From an archaeon (GTDB taxonomy: Archaea; Nanobdellota; Nanobdellia; Pacearchaeales; GW2011-AR1), in the NCBI GenBank assembly GCA_043821585.1, contig JBDRCQ010000015.1, forward strand, positions 2,909-66,908: DNA of 64,000 bases. Direction: 5' to 3'. Made by a program: the position numbers and the translations under genes. Shown one piece after another: positions 19,625-27,937 of the stretch (position 1 is its first letter; every line of letters starts with the position of its first letter). The notes under the pieces are model-generated. The model was not told where the DNA came from. It did no database searches and saw only the letters and a list, made by a program, of their open reading frames with translations.

Positions 19625-20571
19625 AGAAAAGGCAGAGTGTTAACTTCGTTTTCTTCCTGCAGCAAAACAACATCCAAATCAAATAATTCGTCTTTGAGAA
19701 GTTCTTTTAGCTTCTTTACTTCTTCCTTAAGTTCGTCTTCAGTTTTGTGGAAGAACTGGATTGTGCAGTTTGGGTTGAAAAGTGAAAGGACGAGGGCGTT
19801 GGCACGTTTTTCTTTTCGTGCGTGTTCTGTTATTTTGTCTTTTAATTCCTTAGAGAAGTTTTTTATGTTGAGGACGATCATGGAATAGTTGTAACCGAGC
19901 TTTTTCATTCTTATGCCTGTGCGCATGCCGAGGATTACTTTTTCTTTCTGGAGTTTTTTTATGATGTGCAGGACCATTTCTGCGGAGATGTTGACTTGTT
20001 TTGCGATGTCGGTGAGTTTGGCTCTGCCATCGTGCTGCAGGATTTTCATTATTTTTTTCTCGCTTTCAGAGAACTTTCGTTCTTTCAGACTTGTTGAGAG
20101 CAAGGGGAAAATTGGTTGTTCTTTTTCGTGGAAAATTTTTAGGGGGTGGAATTCTGCTATGTAGGGTTTTATTATCACGTAATCTGCAACAGGCTCGTTG
20201 ATTGTTTCGGAAAGGAAGTTGCTCATTTCTTCTTCGCTTTTGAATATGAGGTTTGTGAGGATGTCGTATTTGCCGAAGCATTCGCCCCAGGAAATGCAGT
20301 GTTTGCTTGCTTCGAGTTTTTTTGTGAATTTTTCTATTGAAGAGAATCGTTCGAGTTTTATGAAGGCGAGGGCGTAGACGTTATAGCCGAAAGCGCTGTA
20401 GTCAAACATCGTGAAGAATTTTTCGATGATTCCTTCTTTGAGAAATTTCTTTAGGGAATGTTCAACTTGGATTCTTGTTAGTTTTGTTGCCTTGGCTATT
20501 CTTGTAATTGGCTCGCGGTTGTGATGGTAGAGGTAGGCAAGGAGTTTTAGTTCTTTTTCTTTTAGTTCCAT
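19621..20571 (-). CDS. Tandem Lrp/AsnC-family transcriptional regulator
   Basis: Two HTH-RAM units (NREPITRIAKATKL; DGRAKLTDIAKQVNIS); GKYDIL. Confidence 0.9.
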   Translation of the reverse strand: MELKEKELKLLAYLYHHNREPITRIAKATKLTRIQVEHSLKKFLKEGIIEKFFTMFDYSAFGYNVYALAFIKLERFSSIEKFTKKLEASKHCISWGECFGKYDILTNLIFKSEEEMSNFLSETINEPVADYVIIKPYIAEFHPLKIFHEKEQPIFPLLSTSLKERKFSESEKKIMKILQHDGRAKLTDIAKQVNISAEMVLHIIKKLQKEKVILGMRTGIRMKKLGYNYSMIVLNIKNFSKELKDKITEHARKEKRANALVLSLFNPNCTIQFFHKTEDELKEEVKKLKELLKDELFDLDVVLLQEENEVNTLPFL

Positions 20572-20678
20572 CTTTTTATGAATTTTATTATATTAATAAG
20601 CCTTTTGGTTTGGATTGTTTGGGATTTTAATAAAAAATTAAAGAAAGTTATAAGTAATTTGGTATTTGTTACTAGTGT

Positions 20679-21602
20679 ATGACGAAAACATTTGTTGAGC
20701 AATTGGAAGCGAAATTTGAATCGCCTGAAACAGCAAGGCAAGCAAAGCCAACAACCTTAGCAGAGCATGTTTCAAACGAGTTAATGCAAAATGGCTTGCC
20801 GAGAATAGCGCCAGAATTGTTTGAATTAAAAAGAAAAGCAAGTGTAATGTTAGATGAAAAACAAAAAACAGATATTGGCATTTCTTTATTAGATAGGGGA
20901 TTAGAAGGAGGCGCCAAATGGATAAAAATTAATGGATACGATCAAGCTGTGCTTGATGCAGAAAAATTTAAGACAATAACCTTTTCTTGTCAAGGTAATG
21001 TACCTCGTTTCTTTTATGGCGTACATGATCAGAAAAATGTTGTCCATGGGAGATGTTTAGTTCCAGAAATTGATTTAATTGTTAAAAAGAGCCCAGAAAA
21101 CATTGTAAAATATTTTGGTGATCGACCAGAACACAAAAAGTTAGATTTAGGATGTGATCTAAGTTATAATCCAGGAAGAGTTAAAAAAGAAGACTGGGGA
21201 AATCTTAGTATTGTATCAAGCGCACATTGGGAAGCACCATATGCGTTAGATGCTAGCGCTGAAATTCCTCAAGTCCCAGAAGGATTCATTGAACTCGGGG
21301 ATGAAGCTATTGCAGAATATTATGCTGCCGTAAGAACAGCCCCACCAAAGTTAAGAAAAACAACAAAACTAATATCGCCAAGAATTGGAGTTTTGTGGGC
21401 TCCATCTGATAGCATCCTATATGCTACTGGAAAAATCCCCGAGCCCCAAAGAATTCCTCAATCAGAAGGCGACCCCGCTTTAATCTTAGACATTCCAGAC
21501 GGAGAAAGAAGCTATAAACACATCGTAGCTGTTTGGGATATCGGAGAAGAATTACCTTTCAGAAATTATCTTGCCGAATTTAGCAAAGGAAGATTGAAAT
21601 AA
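20679..21602 (+). CDS. Hypothetical protein (island)
   Basis: A-rich coding strand unlike the host; C-terminal GDPALIL...IVAVWD. Confidence 0.75.
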   Translation: MTKTFVEQLEAKFESPETARQAKPTTLAEHVSNELMQNGLPRIAPELFELKRKASVMLDEKQKTDIGISLLDRGLEGGAKWIKINGYDQAVLDAEKFKTITFSCQGNVPRFFYGVHDQKNVVHGRCLVPEIDLIVKKSPENIVKYFGDRPEHKKLDLGCDLSYNPGRVKKEDWGNLSIVSSAHWEAPYALDASAEIPQVPEGFIELGDEAIAEYYAAVRTAPPKLRKTTKLISPRIGVLWAPSDSILYATGKIPEPQRIPQSEGDPALILDIPDGERSYKHIVAVWDIGEELPFRNYLAEFSKGRLK

Positions 21603-21603
21603 A

Positions 21604-21894
21604 ATGACGAAGAAAGAAACCGAACCTAAAGATGTAGTAATTAGTTCTCAAACATTTAGAGACGCAGGCGGGGACCTGGAAAGACCTCGCTTGAAACTCG
21701 GAGGTTTTATACTTGGTGCGGGATCAAAAGGTGTTAGTTCTGACGATTCACTAAGGGATCAAGCACGAGCAAGGGACTATACTCACATTTACAATTTTCA
21801 TGAGGTAAACCGATCTGCGGGAATTATTGGCGGAGATGGTTATTATCCGATTGAAGGGGAAGAAGAAAATGACAAAAACAACAACAACGAGTGA
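21604..21894 (+). CDS. Hypothetical protein (island)
   Basis: Starts 1 nt after the previous stop. Confidence 0.6.
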   Translation: MTKKETEPKDVVISSQTFRDAGGDLERPRLKLGGFILGAGSKGVSSDDSLRDQARARDYTHIYNFHEVNRSAGIIGGDGYYPIEGEEENDKNNNNE

Positions 21895-22372
21895 TAAAAA
21901 ATCAGCGGCAGAATTATCAGTTAAAGCTATAATAATTTTGCAAAATTTAGGATGGTATTCTCCATGGAGGATGCACTATGAAACAAACAAACTTGACATT
22001 AGTTGTGAGGTGGGTGAAAAACCAAATTGGAAATCTGCCGTCGTGCAAGTTTATAGTAAACCAATTAGTCGTGCGGGTCAGTGGAAGAATAAAATGATAC
22101 TTAAGAGAGGCGTATACGTGCGTCCAGGGAGGGTTGTGCAAAGAGAAATAGATGTAGTTTATGATATGGCCCTTAATGGCGCACGAACCGAATACCATAA
22201 GAAGCTTGAAATTATAGCGGACGTGTATCGGCGAATAGATAAACTGAACGATGAACGTCATAAGAGATGGACGGGGGATAGAGATCTTGGAGAAGTCAGC
22301 CTAAATTCTAGGTGTGAACTAGGAAAAACTAATGATATCGTGAGACACAATTCCCCTGATTGGATCAGATAA
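21869..22372 (+). CDS. Hypothetical protein (island)
   Basis: Likely ATG at 21869; overlaps both neighbours. Confidence 0.55.
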   Translation: MTKTTTTSDKKSAAELSVKAIIILQNLGWYSPWRMHYETNKLDISCEVGEKPNWKSAVVQVYSKPISRAGQWKNKMILKRGVYVRPGRVVQREIDVVYDMALNGARTEYHKKLEIIADVYRRIDKLNDERHKRWTGDRDLGEVSLNSRCELGKTNDIVRHNSPDWIR

Positions 22373-22638
22373 TGGATAGAATATTCTTTAACCCAGACCC
22401 ACGCCAAATTCTCGAACGCAAGGAACTTCAAGATGGTTCTGAACTGCAATTGAGAACTTGGGTTAGCGACGTTATTCAGCCCGGAAGGCGAGGATATCAA
22501 CTTGCTTTGAATTATCGAAGTGGATTGATTGCACAACATCCGACAGATTGGGAGAATTATTCTGAAGCGCAGATTCGGAAGATGTATTCTTCCGTTGAAA
22601 GAGTTGAGGATTTTGAGAAGCTGAGATATGAGGGTTAA
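22360..22638 (+). CDS. Hypothetical protein (island)
   Basis: Last gene of a 4-gene run, convergent with the NYN gene. Confidence 0.5.
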   Translation: MDQIMDRIFFNPDPRQILERKELQDGSELQLRTWVSDVIQPGRRGYQLALNYRSGLIAQHPTDWENYSEAQIRKMYSSVERVEDFEKLRYEG

Positions 22639-22651
22639 TAGCTTTTTTGGC

Positions 22652-23200
22652 TTAGCCTCTCCAGAAAAACTTGTTGGCAATTTTTTTGTTAATAAAAATG
22701 CACTTGTTGACTTCATTGATTAGATTCTTCGACGCAAGTTCGTGGAATGAAACCATCTCAATTTCTTTATTTTTGTCCTTGACGTATTTGGCCAACTGGG
22801 AAAAATCGCCGTCTCCGGAAAATAAAATGGCTTTGTCATATCTGTTTTCCCAGGCATGATTGAGCATGTCCAGTGCCAAGTGGATGTCATCCCCCTTTAT
22901 CGTATAATATTCTTCATCTTCTTTCGTGAATCTTTTTTGCCTTTTGCATAGAATCACTTTGCATTCGGGAATTTTTCTTAATCTTGAGAGTAACTTTTGT
23001 TGTTCTCTGAATCTTCTGGGATTGATATCTTGTTTTAGGGAAGCATTGTAATAAAAAATATCTGTCAGCTCATCTTCGCTAACGATCGTCTTAATATATT
23101 TTTCAAAATCAAAGTGATAATCGGAATATTTTGAATTCAGGGATTTCATTCCATAAACAAAATTGGCGCCGTCGATATAAACAGAAATTCTTTTTGCCAT
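22652..23200 (-). CDS. NYN-domain (LabA/DUF88) PIN-like ribonuclease
   Basis: VYIDGANF, IKGDDIHLALDM, AILFSGDGDFSQL, ASKNL; start MAKR at 23200. Confidence 0.93.
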   Translation of the reverse strand: MAKRISVYIDGANFVYGMKSLNSKYSDYHFDFEKYIKTIVSEDELTDIFYYNASLKQDINPRRFREQQKLLSRLRKIPECKVILCKRQKRFTKEDEEYYTIKGDDIHLALDMLNHAWENRYDKAILFSGDGDFSQLAKYVKDKNKEIEMVSFHELASKNLINEVNKCIFINKKIANKFFWRG

Positions 23201-23207
23201 TTTGAAA

Positions 23208-23282
23208 GTGTCCGGTATTACCGAAGTAATAGCCGGGAACACGCTTGCGGGATGTCCGAAGACTTTAGGCGTTCCCTGACAC
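23208..23282 (-). ncRNA. Structured 5' leader RNA of the NYN gene (multi-stem junction, two cUUCGg loops)
   Basis: GUGUC/GACAC, GGGAAC/GUUCCC, GUC-UUCG-GAC and UAUUAC-UUCG-GUAAUA; lies between TATA (about 23307-23313) and the ATG. Confidence 0.6.
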
Positions 23283-23393
23283 CTTAGTTTACTGAGCTTC
23301 TGTAATTATTTAAGTCTTTCGCAGATGTTATTTTTTGGCCGAGCCGGTAAACGATTTCAAAATCCTTAAATAACTCCTTTTCCTGATTCTTCG

Positions 23394-25046
23394 ATGTTAG
23401 AAAAAGAAATGCAGGCTTATGCGTTGAAGAATGCTATTGATCATGGCAGTGCAGTTGTTGGGAAGGTTTTGCCTAAATTGTTCAATCATGGACTTGATAA
23501 GAAAGATATTGGGAAGGTTATGCCTGAATTGAATAAGATAATTGGCGAGGTGAATAAGATGTCTGCTTCTGAGAGGGAAAAGAAGTTTGAGGAGTTTAAG
23601 GAGTTTGTTAAGGAGAGGGATGTTAAAGAGAAGGATTTGCCCGAACTAGAGACTCATGGGAAAAAGGTCGTGGTGAGGTTTAAGCCGTCGCCTTCTGGAC
23701 CGCTTTCGATAGGGCATGCGTTTGTGCTGGGGTTGAATTACCTTCTTGCGAAGAAATACAATGGGGAATTGCTTTTGGGAATTGATGACACTAATGCTGA
23801 TAACATCGAGAAAGATGCGTATGAAATGATTCCGAAGGACGCGGATTGGTTGACGTCAAAAGGAGTGAACGGGGTGTATGTACAGTCAGATAATATGGAA
23901 ACGTATTATGCGTATGCAAATGAATTGTTTGAGAAGGGAGAGTTATATGTGTGTACCTGTGATCCTGAGAAATTTAAGGAACTGATTAACAAGAAAAAGG
24001 CGTGTCCGTGCCGTGAGCTTTCTGTTGAAGAACAGAAGGGACGATGGAACAAGATGTTTGATTCCTATAAAAAAGGCGAAGCAGTTGTACGGCTTAAGAC
24101 TGATATCAAGGACAAGAATCCTGCTATGAGAGACTTTCCTCTTTTCAGAATTAATGATACAAAACATGTAAGGCAGGGGACAAAGTATAGGGTGTGGCCG
24201 TTGATGAATTTTGCGGTGGCGATTGACGATTTAAAGACTGGCGTGACACATGTTCTGAGAGGGGCGGACCATGCGGACAACGCAAAAAGGCAGGCAAAGA
24301 TTCATGCGTTATTGGGAGTCAAGACTCCTGATACGCTGTTTTTTGGAAGGATTAATTTCTTAGGCATGCCTCTTTCTACGACTAAGATGAAAGAAGATAT
24401 TCGTGCGGGAAAGTATTCTGGCTGGGATGATATTAGGCTGCCGACTTTACTCGCTTTGAGGAGAAGGGGCTATACTGCAGAGTCTTTACTTAGGTATGCT
24501 TTTGACATTGGGGTCACGCTGCATGATAAGACCGTTTCAAAGGACGAGTTCTTTCAGGCTATTAACGCGCATAACAGGGTTTTGATCGATAGTGAAGTAA
24601 ATAGATATTTCTTTGTTGCCAATCCTAAGAAAATTAAAATTGAAGGTGTTGAAGGGGAGAGGGTTGTGGAAATTCCGTTGCATCCTTCGTTTCCTAAGAA
24701 GGGACGTAGGAAATTACATGTGAAAAGTTCGTTTTATCTTGCGGATGAGATTGAGAAAGGGAAAACTTATAGGCTGATGCATTTGTTTAATTTCAAAAAT
24801 GAAAAATTTGTTTCCAACGAAGTGGATGATAAATTGAAGGCGAAAATGGTTCATTGGCTTCCTGCCGATGATAAAAATGTTAGGGTGCGGGTTTTAATGG
24901 AGGATGGGAGTTGGGTTTTGGGGTTGGGGGAATCGGATTTGAAAAAGATTAAGAAAAACCAAGTTGTGCAGTTTGAGAGGTTTGGGTTTGCGATTCTCGA
25001 CGGTAAATCGAAAGACGAGATGTTGTTTTGGTTTTTGCATAAATGA
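23394..25046 (+). CDS. gltX: Glutamate--tRNA ligase (archaeal type)
   Basis: RFKPSPSGPLSIGH, YRVWPLMNF, THVLRGADH, LSTTK, GWDDIRLPTL, QFERFGF. Confidence 0.97.
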   Translation: MLEKEMQAYALKNAIDHGSAVVGKVLPKLFNHGLDKKDIGKVMPELNKIIGEVNKMSASEREKKFEEFKEFVKERDVKEKDLPELETHGKKVVVRFKPSPSGPLSIGHAFVLGLNYLLAKKYNGELLLGIDDTNADNIEKDAYEMIPKDADWLTSKGVNGVYVQSDNMETYYAYANELFEKGELYVCTCDPEKFKELINKKKACPCRELSVEEQKGRWNKMFDSYKKGEAVVRLKTDIKDKNPAMRDFPLFRINDTKHVRQGTKYRVWPLMNFAVAIDDLKTGVTHVLRGADHADNAKRQAKIHALLGVKTPDTLFFGRINFLGMPLSTTKMKEDIRAGKYSGWDDIRLPTLLALRRRGYTAESLLRYAFDIGVTLHDKTVSKDEFFQAINAHNRVLIDSEVNRYFFVANPKKIKIEGVEGERVVEIPLHPSFPKKGRRKLHVKSSFYLADEIEKGKTYRLMHLFNFKNEKFVSNEVDDKLKAKMVHWLPADDKNVRVRVLMEDGSWVLGLGESDLKKIKKNQVVQFERFGFAILDGKSKDEMLFWFLHK

Positions 25047-25088
25047 AATATTCGAAACATTTATAAAGAAGTTGTTTTTAGATATGTA

Positions 25089-25538
25089 ATGAATAATAAA
25101 AAGGGGTTGAGCAATCTTGTTGCTACAGTTTTGATCGTTTTGTTGGCTTTAGCTGCTGTTGCGATAATTTGGGGATTCTTGAGACCTACTTTTGATGATG
25201 CTGCTACTACGACCGGTTTGAGGTCTGCATGTTTCTTAGTTGAGTTGGAAGCTACTGGTTGCTCTGTTGCTTCAAATGTTGCTACGGTTACATATAAGAC
25301 AATTTCTACTGATGATAAGTTTAGTGGAGTTGTTGCGGTTGTTGAAGATTCGGCTTCAGTTACTAATACTACAAGAGGTAGTGCTCCTGGTCCGCTTCAG
25401 TCTGTGAATGTGGATGTTGCTGTGCCGAATCCTCCTTATACTGCTCCTTTCGAGGCTAGAGTTGCTGCTGTCGTTTCCGATGGTGCTGGAAATGAGGAAG
25501 TGTGTGCTGAGTCAGCGAGCGTGGTTTGTGGGCCGTAA
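25089..25538 (+). CDS. Archaeal type IV pilin-like protein
   Basis: KKG/LSNLVATVLIVLLALAAVAIIWGF class III signal. Confidence 0.88.
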   Translation: MNNKKGLSNLVATVLIVLLALAAVAIIWGFLRPTFDDAATTTGLRSACFLVELEATGCSVASNVATVTYKTISTDDKFSGVVAVVEDSASVTNTTRGSAPGPLQSVNVDVAVPNPPYTAPFEARVAAVVSDGAGNEEVCAESASVVCGP

Positions 25539-25552
25539 AGAGGTAAAGAGAA

Positions 25553-26146
25553 ATGATAAATAAAAGAGGACTAAGTAATCTTGTTGCAACGGTTTTGATC
25601 GTTTTGTTAGCTTTGGCTGCTGTTGCGATTGTTTGGGGATTCTTGAGGCCTATGTTTACTGATACTGGTACTGAAGTTAATTTGAGGTCGCAGTGCTTTA
25701 GCGTTGACGTTCAGCCGGTTATTTGTACTTATTCCAATAACTTGACTAATGGAAGTTATTTGGATGTGACTGCTCGTGCTCGAAATATGGCTGGCGATGC
25801 TGCTCAGGTGTCTGGCGTTATAGATAGAGTTGATGGCGCTACACAGGCGGAGAATACTCAGTCTGCGGGGACCCTTTTGGGCACTGTTACTTTTGACTTT
25901 GGAGTGCATGGTTCTGTTGATGTATCTGCGGATGCTCCAACCACTGAAGAAGAATATGCTTTGTTTGATGATTTTACTGTTGCGGGGATTGTTTCGGACG
26001 ATGCTGGAAACAGTGAGGCTTGCTCTGGTGAGACGATAGCTTGCACCTATCTTCCTAAGTGTAGTCCAAACTTGTGTGGCCTCTGTGCTGACTCCATTGA
26101 CTGTGGTTTGGCATCTTGTGCTTGGTCTGCAGGTGTTTGCTCTTAA
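25553..26146 (+). CDS. Archaeal type IV pilin-like protein (paralog with Cys-rich tail)
   Basis: KRG/LSNLVATVLIVLLALAAVAIVWGF; N-terminus nearly identical to the upstream pilin. Confidence 0.88.
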   Translation: MINKRGLSNLVATVLIVLLALAAVAIVWGFLRPMFTDTGTEVNLRSQCFSVDVQPVICTYSNNLTNGSYLDVTARARNMAGDAAQVSGVIDRVDGATQAENTQSAGTLLGTVTFDFGVHGSVDVSADAPTTEEEYALFDDFTVAGIVSDDAGNSEACSGETIACTYLPKCSPNLCGLCADSIDCGLASCAWSAGVCS

Positions 26147-26150
26147 TTTT

Positions 26151-26266
26151 TTAGTAATCTTTATTAACTTTGTTTTGCTGTTTTGGTTTAGTGACGTGAG
26201 TGTTGCTGTTTTGTAAAAAGAAGAAGCGAGGTGTGATGAAATAGAAGATGAGTGTTGACGTTAAGA
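26151..26266 (+). repeat. Approx. 115-bp direct repeat copy 1 (promoter plus first codons of the 27919 gene)
   Basis: Aligns with 27824-27937 with few mismatches and includes ATGAGTGTTGAYGTTAAG. Confidence 0.92.
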
Positions 26267-26367
26267 TATTTGTGACTAAGGGCTTGTTGAATCTTAATGA
26301 ACAAGATTAGTCCTTTTTGTGCAATGGCAATGAAAGGATTTATAAACTTTGTTTTTGTGGTTTAGGC

Positions 26368-27636
26368 ATGCTATCTGAAGAACAGATAAAGGGAATACTG
26401 CTGGAACAACGGAAAAATTTGCTTAGCAAGGCATTTGGTGTGGAGAGAGCTGTCTTGAAGGAGATTGAGTCAAAGATTAAACTCCCACACGTTGTTGTTC
26501 TAACTGGGCTTCGTAGGAGTGGAAAATCTACTCTCTTGAGGCAGTTGGTAAAAAGGCAATGTAATGATGAAGACTTTTATTATATTAATTTTGAAGATGA
26601 AAGACTATTTAATTTTCCTGCCGAAGAGTTTAATGTTCTTTATGAGTCTTTAGTTGGTTTGTTTGGGAAAAAGAAAACATTCTTTTTAGATGAGATTCAA
26701 AACGTAAGAAATTTTGAGACCTTCGTTAGGAGATTCTATGAAGAAGGATTTAAGTTTTTTATAACTGGTTCAAGCGCTACATTGTTGAGCAAAGAACTTG
26801 GGACGAAACTTACCGGAAGACATGTGGATATTGTTGTAAAGCCTTTTTCTTTTTTAGAATTCTTGTCATTGCAAGGATTTGACATGAAAAAAGATGCTGC
26901 ATACATAACCGAGTCCAGGGTAGAAATTAAAAAATACTTTGATAAATATTTGGTGATGGGGGGAATGCCTGAATATCTGGTTTATGATGATCGTGAGCTA
27001 TTAACAAGGGTTTATGAAGATACTGTTTTGAAAGATATTGCGGTAAGGCATAACGTGGACAATGTTTTGGTCTTAAGAAATTTGTATTCTTTTTTAATTT
27101 CTAATTTTGCTAATAAGTTTAGTTATAACTCTTTGAAACAAGTTACAGATATTCGAAGCGTTAATACTGTCAAAAAATTTATACAGTATCTTGAAGACAC
27201 TTATTTTATTAGGGTTGTTTCAAAGTTTGATCACTCTTTGAAGAAGCAGTTAGTTAATGATAAGAAAGTTTACGTTGTCGATAATGGGTTTGTCGGGGCG
27301 TTGTCTAAGAAGCTAACGAAAGACAATGGATGGTTATTAGAAAATTTAGTGTTTAATTCTTTAAACCGAGAAGAAAGTGTTTTTTACTACTCCAATAAGT
27401 GCGAATGCGATTTTATAACGGTTAAAGGTAAAACTGCGACTAAAGCAATTCAGGTTTGTTATGACCTGAACGAAAGCAATAGAAATAGGGAAATTTTAGG
27501 ATTGCAGGAAGCGATGGAGGCGCTTAATTTATCGGAGGGGCTTCTTTTGACTAACTCGCTGGAAGAGGAAATTAAACTGGGAAGAAAGAAGATACGAGTC
27601 TTGCCTGTTTGGAAGTGGCTCTTTACAGAAAATTAG
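26368..27636 (+). CDS. AAA+ ATPase with DUF4143 domain (COG1373)
   Basis: GLRRSGKS, YINFEDER, FLDEIQN, ITGSSA, LTGR, GGMPE, KVYVVDNG, LENLV, ECDF, AIQVC. Confidence 0.93.
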   Translation: MLSEEQIKGILLEQRKNLLSKAFGVERAVLKEIESKIKLPHVVVLTGLRRSGKSTLLRQLVKRQCNDEDFYYINFEDERLFNFPAEEFNVLYESLVGLFGKKKTFFLDEIQNVRNFETFVRRFYEEGFKFFITGSSATLLSKELGTKLTGRHVDIVVKPFSFLEFLSLQGFDMKKDAAYITESRVEIKKYFDKYLVMGGMPEYLVYDDRELLTRVYEDTVLKDIAVRHNVDNVLVLRNLYSFLISNFANKFSYNSLKQVTDIRSVNTVKKFIQYLEDTYFIRVVSKFDHSLKKQLVNDKKVYVVDNGFVGALSKKLTKDNGWLLENLVFNSLNREESVFYYSNKCECDFITVKGKTATKAIQVCYDLNESNRNREILGLQEAMEALNLSEGLLLTNSLEEEIKLGRKKIRVLPVWKWLFTEN

Positions 27637-27642
27637 GTTTCA

Positions 27643-27817
27643 GGTTCTGTTGACGGGCTTACGACTCCCTCCTATGTCCCACTTTTAGCTGGAATCTCCC
27701 CCCGTTCCAATTATTTAGATAAACCTGAACGCGCCGCAATTGGTTGCGGCGGCGTCTTGGAATATCAACTCGCTTCGCTCGTTATGCGGCGCGTTTTCTG
27801 ACTTTTTCAACAGAGCA
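27643..27817. mobile_element. MITE-like element of the GGCTCTGTTGA family
   Basis: Ends GGTTCTGTTGA ... TTTTTCAACAGAGC; internal GGGCTTACGACTCCCTCC shared with the 13734 element; GC hairpins CGCGCCGCA..TGCGGCGCG and CTCGCTTCGCTCG. Confidence 0.7.
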
Positions 27818-27823
27818 GAGGCC

Positions 27824-27937
27824 TTAGTAATCTTTATTAACTTTGTTTTGCTGTTTAGGTTTAGTGACGTGAGTGTTGCTGTTTTGTGAAAAAGAAGCGA
27901 GGTGTAATGAAGTAGAAAATGAGTGTTGATGTTAAGA
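27824..27937 (+). repeat. Approx. 115-bp direct repeat copy 2
   Basis: Aligns with 26151-26266. Confidence 0.92.
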
